DNA of 64,000 bases, taken from the NCBI GenBank assembly GCA_038065455.1, contig JBBTQX010000008.1, forward strand, positions 32,313 through 96,312, read 5' to 3'. The DNA is from Patescibacteria group bacterium. GTDB lineage: Bacteria > Patescibacteriota > Minisyncoccia > UBA6257 > GWB1-50-10. A model generated the notes under the pieces. That model did not search any database, was not told the origin of the DNA, and worked only from the letters and a program-made list of their open reading frames with translations. Every line of letters starts with the position of its first letter. The first letter of the stretch is position 1. Below, in pieces: positions 39,048 through 48,909 of the stretch. A program made the position numbers and the translations under genes.

Positions 39048-41000
39048 ATGAAAACTATATTAATTTTCTTGGCACTGCTCCTTGGGACAGTGCTGAACGC
39101 GAAAGATATTGCTTCCAAAGATACCGTCAATGGATGGTATTTTCTGAGAGCAAATAAAGATGTAGATACGGCTTATACCCTACTGACAGATAAAAGTTAT
39201 GAGGGCGTAAGCGCCCAATTTTTTGGAACTTCTACCAAAAATTGGGAAGATTCCGTTTTTTGGAGAAAAGATTTGAATAAATCTTATCCTTTTCCAAAAT
39301 TCGTTCACGGCTATGCAAGCTTATATAATATAGGAAAAGATTCCGCAGGCGGTTCAATTATACATGTTTTCATCGGGAACAAAAAGAATCCCAATATTGG
39401 TTATTACATGTCCGCTGTGGGTTCGGATGGGTATCCCTTTCAACATCCAGAATGGTATCCTCGACTATATTGGCTTCCAATTAGAGAGCGGGTATTCGGT
39501 CCATTTGTAAACAAACCGGATTCTGTGGATTTCGTGATTATAATGATAACTCACGGCTATCGTAATACTGATCCGAGGTGCGAATTTATAGTTGATAAAC
39601 TTGCATTTTCTTATGGTAAAGATAATCTATGGGAAGATCCGACTATCGATTCGTCTATAGTAATCGATCGCTTCGGCGATCCCGCTCCAGCGCCGATCTT
39701 CAAGATTGATAAAAAAACCTTGGATTTCGGAGCAATGGGTCCGAATTCTACGAAGACCGAGAATATAAACATATCGAATTCCGGCGATGCACCGCTCGTA
39801 ATTTCGAGGGTTTGGACAAATAATCCAAGCTTCTCCGCTAAATACGAAACGAGCATTGTTGAATTCGGCGATTCCGCAAACCTGGCGATAAAATTCAATC
39901 AGGATTCCGTAAGAGGTTTGAAGAAAGGATTGATTTTTATCGAACACAAAGGAGCGAATGTGCGAGAAAGAGCCCCGGATTGGAGCAATGCTTTGGTGAT
40001 ATATCTTGTTGATACTACCGCCAAGATTGATACAATCTCGGTCTCTGCGGATTTCAAAGAACCCGATCCGTCTCCGATATTCAAAATCAGCAAGAAGATT
40101 ATTGATTTCGGAAAAGTAATGGCGGGGATTATGAAAACCGATACGGTGAGAATCACGAATACCGGCGATGCCGACCTGATTCTTTCCGAAGTCCGGACAA
40201 ACAGTCCGAATTTCTCGGTGATTTTGTCAGCTATGACGATAGGTCCGAAATCCTCAACTGATATCGTGGTGAATTTCATCCAGGATTCGGTAAAAGGAAA
40301 AAAGGAAGGATTGCTCATAATCAAGCACAACGGGACCGAGAAAATCGATACGATACAACTCTTAGCGGATTTCAAAGAACCTGATCCAGTATTGAAGGCG
40401 CAACTGTCTTATTCTCCCAAATCCGCCGATTTCGGAACTCTGAAAATTAACGAGGTGTCGCATAAAGACACTTTGGTGGTATTCAAAAATACCGGAAACG
40501 ACACTTTACGGGGAAGTATCTCTATAATCGGAAAGGTTTTTTCGATAGACAGTATAAATCTCTTGATTGCTCCAATGGATTCGATTGTAAAAACGGTGCG
40601 ATTCGCGCCAGCCGAAACCGGAAAAGTTTCAGGATTTCTGATTATTACGAGCAACAGTCCGACCTCTCCCGATACCGTGTATCTCACGGGCACTGGAGAC
40701 AAAACGACCGGAGTTCAAAATAACCCGGAAACACCGAAAGATTTTTCTCTTTCGCAGAACTATCCCAATCCCTTCAATCCCTCGACTACAATCGAGTTTT
40801 CGCTTCCGAAATCGAGCTTGGTAAATCTCACGATTTACAATATGCTCGGTCAGGAAGTAAAAACCCTGATTAACAGAGAATTGAACGAGGGAATCCACCA
40901 GGTAATCTGGAATGCCGAAGTTCCGTCGGGAACATACTTCTATCGCCTAACCACGAACAACGGTTTCGTAGTGGCGAAGAAAATGATACTGATGAAATAA
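39048..41000 (+). CDS. Secreted protein with three ASH/choice-of-anchor-D-like Ig repeats and a T9SS type A-like C-terminal domain
   Basis: Signal peptide; DFG...I.N.GDA.L repeats; FSLSQNYPNPFNPSTTIEFSLP...SGTYFYRL...KKMILMK. Confidence 0.88.
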   Translation: MKTILIFLALLLGTVLNAKDIASKDTVNGWYFLRANKDVDTAYTLLTDKSYEGVSAQFFGTSTKNWEDSVFWRKDLNKSYPFPKFVHGYASLYNIGKDSAGGSIIHVFIGNKKNPNIGYYMSAVGSDGYPFQHPEWYPRLYWLPIRERVFGPFVNKPDSVDFVIIMITHGYRNTDPRCEFIVDKLAFSYGKDNLWEDPTIDSSIVIDRFGDPAPAPIFKIDKKTLDFGAMGPNSTKTENINISNSGDAPLVISRVWTNNPSFSAKYETSIVEFGDSANLAIKFNQDSVRGLKKGLIFIEHKGANVRERAPDWSNALVIYLVDTTAKIDTISVSADFKEPDPSPIFKISKKIIDFGKVMAGIMKTDTVRITNTGDADLILSEVRTNSPNFSVILSAMTIGPKSSTDIVVNFIQDSVKGKKEGLLIIKHNGTEKIDTIQLLADFKEPDPVLKAQLSYSPKSADFGTLKINEVSHKDTLVVFKNTGNDTLRGSISIIGKVFSIDSINLLIAPMDSIVKTVRFAPAETGKVSGFLIITSNSPTSPDTVYLTGTGDKTTGVQNNPETPKDFSLSQNYPNPFNPSTTIEFSLPKSSLVNLTIYNMLGQEVKTLINRELNEGIHQVIWNAEVPSGTYFYRLTTNNGFVVAKKMILMK

Positions 41001-41008
41001 AATATATC

Positions 41009-41042
41009 AAAGGACTTACACAGATATTGTGTAGGTCCTTTT
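41009..41042. terminator. Hairpin terminator after the CTD gene; near-copy at 45700-45733
   Basis: AAAGGACTTACAC...GTGTAGGTCCTTTT. Confidence 0.8.
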
Positions 41043-41082
41043 GCGTTTTGAGATATGCTTGGAATATTATTATAAACAACAC

Positions 41083-41820
41083 TTACTTCACTGCGGTCAC
41101 ATAAACCGAGCCGAATCTTCTTTTTGGATTGGCGATTTTTCCATCAAATTTCCATTTTTTGATTTTTTGAAACCCAGCTCCCTTGAGTAGGGATTCTAGT
41201 TTTTCATAATCATAGGCCCATAAATGTGGATGGTACTTTTTATCATCGTCTTGATCGCGTAAGTGATAATTCAGAAAATCTATTTTTGTGTTGAAGTGTT
41301 CCAAGCAATCCCTTTTTCCATACCAATTCCGTTTAAATTTATTAATCAATTTTTTATTATTACTGCAATAGGCTTGGATTGCCAAGGCGCCATCTGGAAC
41401 GCCTATGGCCAGTTTGCCGTTATTTTTAAGTAATCGATAACACTCTTTTATGAATCTCTTAACCGAGGTGGGATAATCGATGTGTTCCAAAAAATGCTCG
41501 GAAAAAATAAATCTGGCGGACCCAGATTTAAGGGGGATTTCTTCTCTCACATCCCAAATCAAGTCTGCCGGAGGAACAATATCAATATTTAAAAACTTGT
41601 CCAGATGGTGATGGCCTCCCCCAATTTGGACATCAAGGTCTTTTGCTTTAATCGATGGATTTCCAGAAAATTTGGACTTGGAGTGGTTTTTAAACAGCGA
41701 TATTTCATTCAAAAGATTCCTAATAGATCTTTTTAGGCCATGAGTGGCACTTGACGAAGAAAGGATTATTGAAGATTTTTTCTCCATTTCCAATACGGCT
41801 TTTTCTATTTTTTTTCTCAT
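41083..41820 (-). CDS. Class I SAM-dependent methyltransferase
   Basis: VQIGGG...FLNIDI...DLIWDV..IP...IFSEHFLEH...ECYRLLK.NG.L.I.VPD. Confidence 0.85.
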   Translation of the reverse strand: MRKKIEKAVLEMEKKSSIILSSSSATHGLKRSIRNLLNEISLFKNHSKSKFSGNPSIKAKDLDVQIGGGHHHLDKFLNIDIVPPADLIWDVREEIPLKSGSARFIFSEHFLEHIDYPTSVKRFIKECYRLLKNNGKLAIGVPDGALAIQAYCSNNKKLINKFKRNWYGKRDCLEHFNTKIDFLNYHLRDQDDDKKYHPHLWAYDYEKLESLLKGAGFQKIKKWKFDGKIANPKRRFGSVYVTAVK

Positions 41821-41824
41821 TTTT

Positions 41825-43252
41825 TTAATCCCTAAAAGTGCCGAATATCTTTTGCATCCCCTTCCTTCCCTTACTTCTCATTATCGTTATTCTATGATCA
41901 ACTAGGCGTGGCACGATTTTTATCTTTATCTCCCTTTTTGGTTCTATATACATTCCACTCATGCCTGGTTTCTTTATTTCTCTGCCCACATAGGCCTTAA
42001 TTTTCAAATCGGGCCAGGCCGGGTTTATACCAATCTCGCCCTTCGGTATAACTCCATTGAAGGGTATTACAACATCCATGTGATTCCAATAATTCCACGC
42101 CTGAAGAGCCTTAAATTGGTCAAAATAGAAGTAGAAATCCGGAAATCTTCCAAAATTCCTAAGTTCCCTGTGTACCAAATGACCGAGAAGCGGGGATGCT
42201 ACGGATTCCAGCGTTTTAAAGTCCCAATTAAAAGCGCACCAATCAATATATTCCTCTCCGTTGTTTAACAATCTCGCCTGAGTAAGGAAAATAATTTTTT
42301 TTATTAAATGCTCTTTAAAATTCTTCTCGTTCAATTTTGATATTAATTTTTTCCTTTTAATTTGCTCGACCACCTGTTCAAACGAAGGTTTAAAAAATCC
42401 GAGACCCACCCCCTTAAGCAAATCGGGAAAAATATCAAACATAAGGTCTTTATAACCGGCATTGTAGAACTCCCCGTTATTATGAGCTGTCTTCGCTTCC
42501 CTCCCATCTTGAAAAAGCATTAAATATTCGGCAATTACTTCAAAATAAATATATCCGAGAATCGGAAGATGATCGATTGCCATCAATAGGAGATTGAAAA
42601 AATCATCGCTGTCGATTTTCTCATTCTTATGGTACGCGTTGCTCACTAAATTGAGATAGGGAAGTGAATGTTTAATTTTATTCAGCAAGATTTCCTGCAG
42701 GACCGTTCTTTCGCGGAATGAAAGAAGATATTCTAAATCTTTATATATGGCTAAATGAACACCTCCAAGTTTTATATAATCAATGCCTATAATATTGTCG
42801 TGAGCTCTTAGTGGAAGATCTACTTCAATGATAATTATAGAAGATTTGTTATTTTTGCCCTTGAGATAGGAGGCGCGAGACGCTTCTTTTTTGAAAATAT
42901 ACTCGCCGAGGTTGTGTGCCTTAAAGCTGCCATTAATCAATGAAAGAGGCGTTGCATAAATACTACCGACAAGACATCCCCCACTAGAATAAATAACCCC
43001 ACTGTCAATTATCTTCTTTAAATTCGGCGTAACATGAAAAAGATACATCTTTGATGAATTTTTAAGGCTATCAAAAAAGGAATTTTTAACTAATAATTTT
43101 CCGTTCGGCGTGTGATTAACCGACCATTCCCGCCATTGCTGCTCCTCGTTTGCTATTTTTGAAGATTTTTGCCCACTCAAATCATGAAGAAACATGCTGT
43201 AAAACACGTGAGCATCGGACCATTTCTTCATATGCAAATTATTTTCTTCCAT
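41825..43252 (-). CDS. Conserved-looking hypothetical protein (475 aa)
   Basis: Long ORF inside the operon; motifs YLFHVTPNL..I..SG, SGGCLVGSIYATP, FYFYFDQFKA..AWNYWN, IPKGEIGINP. Confidence 0.85.
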   Translation of the reverse strand: MEENNLHMKKWSDAHVFYSMFLHDLSGQKSSKIANEEQQWREWSVNHTPNGKLLVKNSFFDSLKNSSKMYLFHVTPNLKKIIDSGVIYSSGGCLVGSIYATPLSLINGSFKAHNLGEYIFKKEASRASYLKGKNNKSSIIIIEVDLPLRAHDNIIGIDYIKLGGVHLAIYKDLEYLLSFRERTVLQEILLNKIKHSLPYLNLVSNAYHKNEKIDSDDFFNLLLMAIDHLPILGYIYFEVIAEYLMLFQDGREAKTAHNNGEFYNAGYKDLMFDIFPDLLKGVGLGFFKPSFEQVVEQIKRKKLISKLNEKNFKEHLIKKIIFLTQARLLNNGEEYIDWCAFNWDFKTLESVASPLLGHLVHRELRNFGRFPDFYFYFDQFKALQAWNYWNHMDVVIPFNGVIPKGEIGINPAWPDLKIKAYVGREIKKPGMSGMYIEPKREIKIKIVPRLVDHRITIMRSKGRKGMQKIFGTFRD

Positions 43253-43260
43253 GTTCTTGT

Positions 43261-43992
43261 TTACGAGTTTGTTTGTAAAACGCTCAAAACGCTTTTTCGA
43301 CTATCTTTGCTTCTTAAAAAATTTTGTTCGCTCTTTATGACGAGATCAAAGGCACTTTTTTTAAGATCAGCCGACACCGTCAAACCAAGTATTTCCTCGT
43401 TTAGCCACCACTTGATTTTTGGAAGACGGAATCTATCTAAAGCATCGGCCATCCTTATAATATCAACACTTCCCTTAAATTTGGAATAATTTTTGTTCTT
43501 TTCAAAGTCCGATATGGGCAGTTCATGAAAAATGATTGACCAGTAAATTTCACTAATATCCTTTTTATCGAGCTTGATTTTGTATTTTTTTTCAATCAAT
43601 CCGATGTTCTTTTTAAACCAGGCGGCGGATCGCAAACCATGTTCAGAATCTCCTTTATCATTTCTTCTCCTAATGTCGTGAAGAACGGACGCGATTATAA
43701 GATTTGAAATTTTCCCGCCATGACGGAGTTTTATGGCGATCAAGTAGGCATTTATAGCAACCCTAAGAATGTGGCGCAATCCATGTATGGAATTGATTTC
43801 TTTTGATTCTAAAAACCAAATATTATTCGGGATATAATGTTTTAGAATTTCCATTTTGGGCAATTTCAAACTTCTAACATTTCCAAATTTTGGTTCGTTG
43901 ATTTTTATCCACCTGACGGTTTTCGCGTCAATGAATTGAAAAAGCGGTAATTTTTTCTTTTCCGCTAACTCAAAAAGACTGTCTTTTTTCAT
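43261..43992 (-). CDS. HD-domain phosphohydrolase
   Basis: IHGLRHILRV...LHDIRR..D..D..HG...FHE...ADALDR. Confidence 0.88.
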   Translation of the reverse strand: MKKDSLFELAEKKKLPLFQFIDAKTVRWIKINEPKFGNVRSLKLPKMEILKHYIPNNIWFLESKEINSIHGLRHILRVAINAYLIAIKLRHGGKISNLIIASVLHDIRRRNDKGDSEHGLRSAAWFKKNIGLIEKKYKIKLDKKDISEIYWSIIFHELPISDFEKNKNYSKFKGSVDIIRMADALDRFRLPKIKWWLNEEILGLTVSADLKKSAFDLVIKSEQNFLRSKDSRKSVLSVLQTNS

Positions 43993-44004
43993 AAATTGAG
44001 GCTT

Positions 44005-44457
44005 TCAACCGAATTTCGGGAAAAGTTCCGAAAGATTGGCTCGTAAAACATTCTTCCCATTCCAACTGGAACATAGGAATTTTAAATCCTTTAGTCTTAA
44101 CAACTGAACTGTTTGGCGGAAGGTTTCAAGACAAACTCCGCATGGCGCGCATATCTTATCGTTGGACCATTTCTTTCTCCAATCGGCTACTGGCAATTTC
44201 CCAATTATGGCGCATATTTCCGGTTTTTTATTCTTATTGAAGAATAATTGGTCCAGCGCCATTCTTTCGGCACAGGTGGAACCTATAACCCTTGAACGGA
44301 TATTAGTCGCTCCCAAAAATTCCTCTCCATTTTGGCATTTTATAATGCAACCAATCTGATGGCCTAGATCAGAAACACTCTGCTCCGCAACTACCCGGGC
44401 TTTTTTTAGAAGGTGGAGTTCTTCTTTGTTCAATTTCAAATGATTAATAATTTCCAT
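44005..44457 (-). CDS. Cytidine deaminase family (CAE...PCxxC)
   Basis: TCAERMAL...APCGVC; LSELFP tail. Confidence 0.88.
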   Translation of the reverse strand: MEIINHLKLNKEELHLLKKARVVAEQSVSDLGHQIGCIIKCQNGEEFLGATNIRSRVIGSTCAERMALDQLFFNKNKKPEICAIIGKLPVADWRKKWSNDKICAPCGVCLETFRQTVQLLRLKDLKFLCSSWNGKNVLRANLSELFPKFG

Positions 44458-44458
44458 T

Positions 44459-45016
44459 TTAATGCGTCTTTTTATAATCCGCTTCCGCTTTCTCTGTAAA
44501 TTCCTTGAGTTCTTTATCGGTCATTATTTTAACACCCAATTCTTCGGCAATGGCCAATATGTCTTTCTCCGCCTTATTTTTATCAATTGAATTATTAATC
44601 ACTATTTCAAGTTCAAGGTGATGTTTCCATATCTCACTCCATTTTAAGGCCAGTTCCACGCCCTTATAAAGAAAATTGTGTCTTTTTTGAAAAGAATGCA
44701 TAAAATCCCCCAAATTTAAATTGGAGAAGACTTTAGCGGTTTTTTCGAAATTTTCCTGGCCTATAGGAATCTCAATTTCCTCAAAGTCACTCCCTTTCCC
44801 TATTTTGTTCAATTTGAGCACAATTTTGGCGCTTCTTTTTGAAATATTATTGACTACCTTTAAAAGTTTGTCCGGAAACAGAAAGAAATAAACGTCTTTG
44901 TCATCTTCGCCGAGATCTTCGGCTTTATCGTTGAGAAATTTTTCCAATTCTTCATATTTATCAGGATTGAACCTCGCTCGGAATTCTATCTCGATGTTTT
45001 TCTGTTGTTGACTCAT
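44459..45016 (-). CDS. CYTH-domain protein (class IV adenylate cyclase/triphosphatase fold)
   Basis: IEIEFRA (ExExR), DVYF, FEEIEI, KR..F.YKGVEL, HLELE. Confidence 0.85.
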   Translation of the reverse strand: MSQQQKNIEIEFRARFNPDKYEELEKFLNDKAEDLGEDDKDVYFFLFPDKLLKVVNNISKRSAKIVLKLNKIGKGSDFEEIEIPIGQENFEKTAKVFSNLNLGDFMHSFQKRHNFLYKGVELALKWSEIWKHHLELEIVINNSIDKNKAEKDILAIAEELGVKIMTDKELKEFTEKAEADYKKTH

Positions 45017-45024
45017 GATCGGAT

Positions 45025-45627
45025 TTAAATTGACTCTAGAAACTTATTTATTCTTTTTGCCGTTTTGGCGGATTGTCCATTCTTATTCAAGAAGATGGCA
45101 TTTTGCTTATTATACATTCTCGCGTATTTTTTGAATATATGTTCATTTTTTCCAGTAAAAATCTTAATGAGGTTGATTTTACGCTTCCTGTCGGCGCATA
45201 CCGGAAAAATATTTCTATTCCTTACAGATTCTTTTTCATCGAGCTCTATTCTTCTCAGGATATCTGCCGGATTCGCTTTTATTAGAAGTAGCACGTCCAT
45301 TATTGATATCCGATCACCGACCCATTCTTGAGCCTTGCCATTTCTTATATTTATAAAATGGGCGTCAATTATGACAATTTTCTTTGATTTACCGAAAGTT
45401 TTCTTATTGATAATGTAACGGATCATTTCTTCCTGCCTCTTTAAAACGTCTTTATCTGGCAAAGATTGCAACTTTTTATAATCTCCTTTTTTAACTCCTA
45501 GCCATTTCATAAAGAATTCGGAGCCTTTTATAAAACCGATTTCTTTATTATTGGCAATGATTGAACTTAAAACGGTGGTTTTGCCGGAACCATTAATACC
45601 GCCCATAAATACAATAGGCCTCTTCAT
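45025..45627 (-). CDS. P-loop NMP kinase (archaeal adenylate kinase-like)
   Basis: MGGINGSGKTT, IIDAH, A.P..ILRRIELD...R.R. Confidence 0.85.
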   Translation of the reverse strand: MKRPIVFMGGINGSGKTTVLSSIIANNKEIGFIKGSEFFMKWLGVKKGDYKKLQSLPDKDVLKRQEEMIRYIINKKTFGKSKKIVIIDAHFINIRNGKAQEWVGDRISIMDVLLLIKANPADILRRIELDEKESVRNRNIFPVCADRKRKINLIKIFTGKNEHIFKKYARMYNKQNAIFLNKNGQSAKTAKRINKFLESI

Positions 45628-45661
45628 TAAAATTTTCCTTAATTATAACAAAAAATTATTA

Positions 45662-45742
45662 GCGACGAAAAAAATGATTCTGATGAAATAAAATATATCA
45701 AAGGACTTACACGATATTTGTGTAAGTCCTTTTGCTTTTTGA
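45662..45742 (+). repeat. Direct repeat of the last codons and terminator of the CTD gene
   Basis: ...AAAATGATTCTGATGAAATAAAATATATCAAAGGACTTACAC..., matching 40975-41050. Confidence 0.9.
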
Positions 45743-46054
45743 CTAAAACTCTTTTATGACCGGAACGTTGTATTTTTTTCGTTCTTTATTCGTAGTTCTC
45801 AAATTCACGGGATACAAGGACCATTTTCCTTTATTTCTTACGTATTGCGTTCCATATTTCTGCTTCTTGCCCTGTTTCATAAGTAGTCGGTCGGTTGCCG
45901 CGGCATAAAGCCATCTTGCTTTCTCAAACCCTTTGTTTATATTCCGACGCGCGAACAATTTCGCCTTTTTATAATCCAACGGAACCGATCCGTGCTGATA
46001 GAGCATGGCAATCATGTACAATTCTTCAGCGGTGAATTTTTTCTTCCGACGCAA
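45743..46054 (-). pseudogene. Probably 5'-truncated DUF6624-like protein
   Basis: AMLYQHG...WLYAAATDRLLM.QGK.QKYGTQY; TTG start with no good upstream start. Confidence 0.55.
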
Positions 46055-46190
46055 TATTTCCTCAAGCTCGCTTTTCCTTCTATTATCCTTCTTTCTTATC
46101 GCAAGTAAGCTTTTTTGTCGAACCGCATACTCTTGCGGTCTTTTTGATCGCTTATAAATAAGGGTTTTATACCAATGCCGGATTTATCTT

Positions 46191-46907
46191 TCACCTTATA
46201 ACCCATTTGTTCGGCAAGCCACCGCCAGATTTTTTATAGATATAATTGACCAAACCAGACATAATTTCTTCCTTATTCTTGAGATTTTTCGCTTTGTAAA
46301 ACTTTCCTATCTCTCGTCCAAAATACAAATCTAATTCTTTTAATATTCGAGTCATTTCGTTTGGCTGTTTCCAAAAATTACCTCTAATTTTTAAGAATAA
46401 TTCGATTATGTTATTCATTAGCAACTGACTATCCAGATTAAAAGCAATAATGTCTTGATTTTTTAAATCGCGTCGGATTTCTCCCAAAAAATCATCAATA
46501 GAGTATTTATGCATCAAGACATCACTAGCATTATACTTAGTTTTTAACTCCAAATTCTTTCCAGCGACGGACTGGAGATTTTCTAAAATCCCGCCTTTTT
46601 GATAAATAATTATGCCATGGGCCAGCATATGCGAAGTAATCCTTTTTACGTTTTTTTCGTCGTTCTTTAAATAGGTTTTTGCTTCTGTTAGTGTATTGAA
46701 AATAATATCTACACGAATATCGTTTGTTATAAAATTCCTTCTCGAATATTCATTTTTCTTTTTGAGCAAGACATAGAAGTCAATGTCGGAATATTCATCG
46801 GATTTATTTCTCGCGACCGAACCAAAAAGCATGATGCCTAAGACATTTTTATCTTTTTTAGATTTTTCAATCAAATCTCTGCAAATTTTCCCGATGATTT
46901 TATCCAT
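46191..46907 (-). CDS. Pol-beta superfamily nucleotidyltransferase with a helical C-domain
   Basis: MLFGSVAR...DEYSDIDFYV...RVDI. Confidence 0.85.
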   Translation of the reverse strand: MDKIIGKICRDLIEKSKKDKNVLGIMLFGSVARNKSDEYSDIDFYVLLKKKNEYSRRNFITNDIRVDIIFNTLTEAKTYLKNDEKNVKRITSHMLAHGIIIYQKGGILENLQSVAGKNLELKTKYNASDVLMHKYSIDDFLGEIRRDLKNQDIIAFNLDSQLLMNNIIELFLKIRGNFWKQPNEMTRILKELDLYFGREIGKFYKAKNLKNKEEIMSGLVNYIYKKSGGGLPNKWVIR

Positions 46908-47004
46908 AAAATAATAAGACTTAAGAAAAGTATAACACTTCTCCTAAGTCTCTTAAATTACCTTTTTAATGGCAATTGCTTGCCTGCTGACAGGTATAAA
47001 ACAC

Positions 47005-47330
47005 CTATAACGGTTTGGTTTCTTTAATAATAAAATGGAAATCAAAATATCTATCTCTCTTTGCCGGAAGTAGCATCTCTTTCCGTTTACCTATTCTTTT
47101 CAATGAAATTGAATCTTTTAATTTGATTATTTTGAAATTCTTTATATTGCCCTTCCCATATTTCACACATACCGAAATTGCTTTTCCATTAAGACGCGCC
47201 CCTACGGGATTGTAATAAGCAACTCCCCCTCCCGATTCTTTAAATTTGAATTTCTTGTTCCTCGCATGAAGATTGCCCATCACCGCGAGTATTTTCTCTT
47301 TTTTGTTTTCGCGGAAAATCTTTATTATAT
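47005..47330 (-). pseudogene. C-terminal fragment of an erythromycin-esterase/ChaN-like protein
   Basis: KILAVMGNLHA, paralogous to KVIAIMGNFHA at ~52110-52145; FDFHFII tail. Confidence 0.55.
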
Positions 47331-47347
47331 TTCTAGCTGTTAGCTGG

Positions 47348-48079
47348 TCACTTTTGTTCTAGGTTTTTCCATTCCCCCTTATCCCAAAAACTTTCTTGCT
47401 TGCGTTTTTTCGGGAACTCGTATTTTTGACAAAATACATTTATACCTATAAGCGCCAATATTTCATATAAGGCGTAAACCTCACAATTAGTTTCCAGACC
47501 GTAGCCTTTTACTAAAGCCTTCCATTGCGCGCCGTGACCGAAATTAGCTCCGAATTGAGCTATATCAAACAGGGGATCACCCAAGATAGCGTTTTCCCAA
47601 TCAAGAATCCAAATCAGTCCATTTCTGTCTTTTATAAGATTTCCCGGCTTGATATCTCGATGGATTAGATAGGTTTCCGGTTGATTAGGAATAATCTTCT
47701 GAATCAAATCACGTATGTCGAATCGGCTTAATTTTTTTGCTAAATCAGGCTCCAAAATTTTCCCACTGTATTTGTCGAAAAAATCGGTTAGGAACATTTT
47801 CCATGATGAATAATCGCCCCTTTCCGTTTCAGGGTTTAACCATCCATAGCCATCAAAAAGAGAATTGGTTTTTAACATTTGACCGCCGACCATGGCAAAA
47901 GCTTCGTTACGTTCTCGGTTTTTCAGGTGTGTTACGGATGAACCGGATATTTCCCTTATTTCCATATATTCACGATTTTCGGCGTCTTTTCCGTATCTGA
48001 TTAATTCAGGAACCTGTATAGAACAATGTTTGGCATTTTTTAAAAATTCCGTCATATTCAATCGACCAGTGCGTTTCAT
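47348..48079 (-). CDS. Aminoglycoside phosphotransferase/choline kinase-like protein (possibly truncated)
   Basis: LIHRDIKPGN...ILDWENAILGDPLFDIA. Confidence 0.85.
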   Translation of the reverse strand: MKRTGRLNMTEFLKNAKHCSIQVPELIRYGKDAENREYMEIREISGSSVTHLKNRERNEAFAMVGGQMLKTNSLFDGYGWLNPETERGDYSSWKMFLTDFFDKYSGKILEPDLAKKLSRFDIRDLIQKIIPNQPETYLIHRDIKPGNLIKDRNGLIWILDWENAILGDPLFDIAQFGANFGHGAQWKALVKGYGLETNCEVYALYEILALIGINVFCQKYEFPKKRKQESFWDKGEWKNLEQK

Positions 48080-48134
48080 TTTCTTTTTTACCTCTCTTCC
48101 TTATTTATTGTTATAAAATATGATTCTGGCTATG

Positions 48135-48431
48135 TTATATAACTTTATTACAGATATTGCAAAATATATGATTTATAGCTCGATTGGATAATTTCGAAAA
48201 CCTGAGAACGTGTCGCAAACCGTGAATAGAATCGATTTCTTTCTTTTCTAAAAACCAGCTATTACTCGGAGTAAAAGATTCTAATATTTTTCTGTCTGGT
48301 AATTTCAACTTTCTAACACCCCCAAATTCCGGTTCATTAGTCTCAATCCATTTTATGGTCTCAGTATCCATAAATTGATGGAGCGGTAATTTCTTCTCTT
48401 CCGCTAGCTCGAAAAGAATTTTACTTCTCAT
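48135..48431 (-). pseudogene. N-terminal fragment of an HD-protein paralog
   Basis: LFELAEEKKLPL.QF.D..T..WI..NEP...IDSIHGLRHVLR, matching 43261-43992, then diverges. Confidence 0.85.
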
Positions 48432-48443
48432 AGTTTGCAAAAT

Positions 48444-48620
48444 CTAATTAATTCTAGGAAGAAGATCTGATAGACTAGCCCGTAAAAAATTCTTCCCACC
48501 CCAACTAGAACATAAGAAAGTAAGGTCTTTCAATCCAAGAGTCTGGGCTGTCTGCCAAAAGGTCTCGAGGCAAACTCCACATGGCATGCAAACTTTATTT
48601 TTATTCCATTTTTTTCTCTT
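48444..48620 (-). pseudogene. C-terminal fragment of a cytidine deaminase paralog
   Basis: RKKWNKNKVCMPCGVCLETFWQTAQTLGLKDLTFLCSSWGGKNFLRASLSDLLPRIN*, matching 44005-44457. Confidence 0.85.
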
Positions 48621-48909
48621 GAGAGCACTTTGTTGTTCCCAGAGATCTCTTATTAAGAATTCAGTTGCCGATATGGCGTGCGCGCAGAATCTTTCGTCCA
48701 GCGCATTTATATCTCCACTATCCCTCGCAATCTTGAAACTTTTGATCAGATTTTGGGCGATAATCTTGTCATAGCTGGGAACCTATTTCTGCAGGATGCG
48801 GGCGGGGCAATTCACCCAAGTGAGGAAGATGCTGTTGATGAAGTAGATGGGGATGCAGAAAGCCTTTTGGTTCTACGGAATCAAAAGGCTTTTTTATTCC
48901 TCTGAAGCA

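Noticed and set aside
48625-48905. Short ORFs left of IS copy 2
   Set aside because: No recognisable motif or convincing start; probably a fragment of an unidentified gene.
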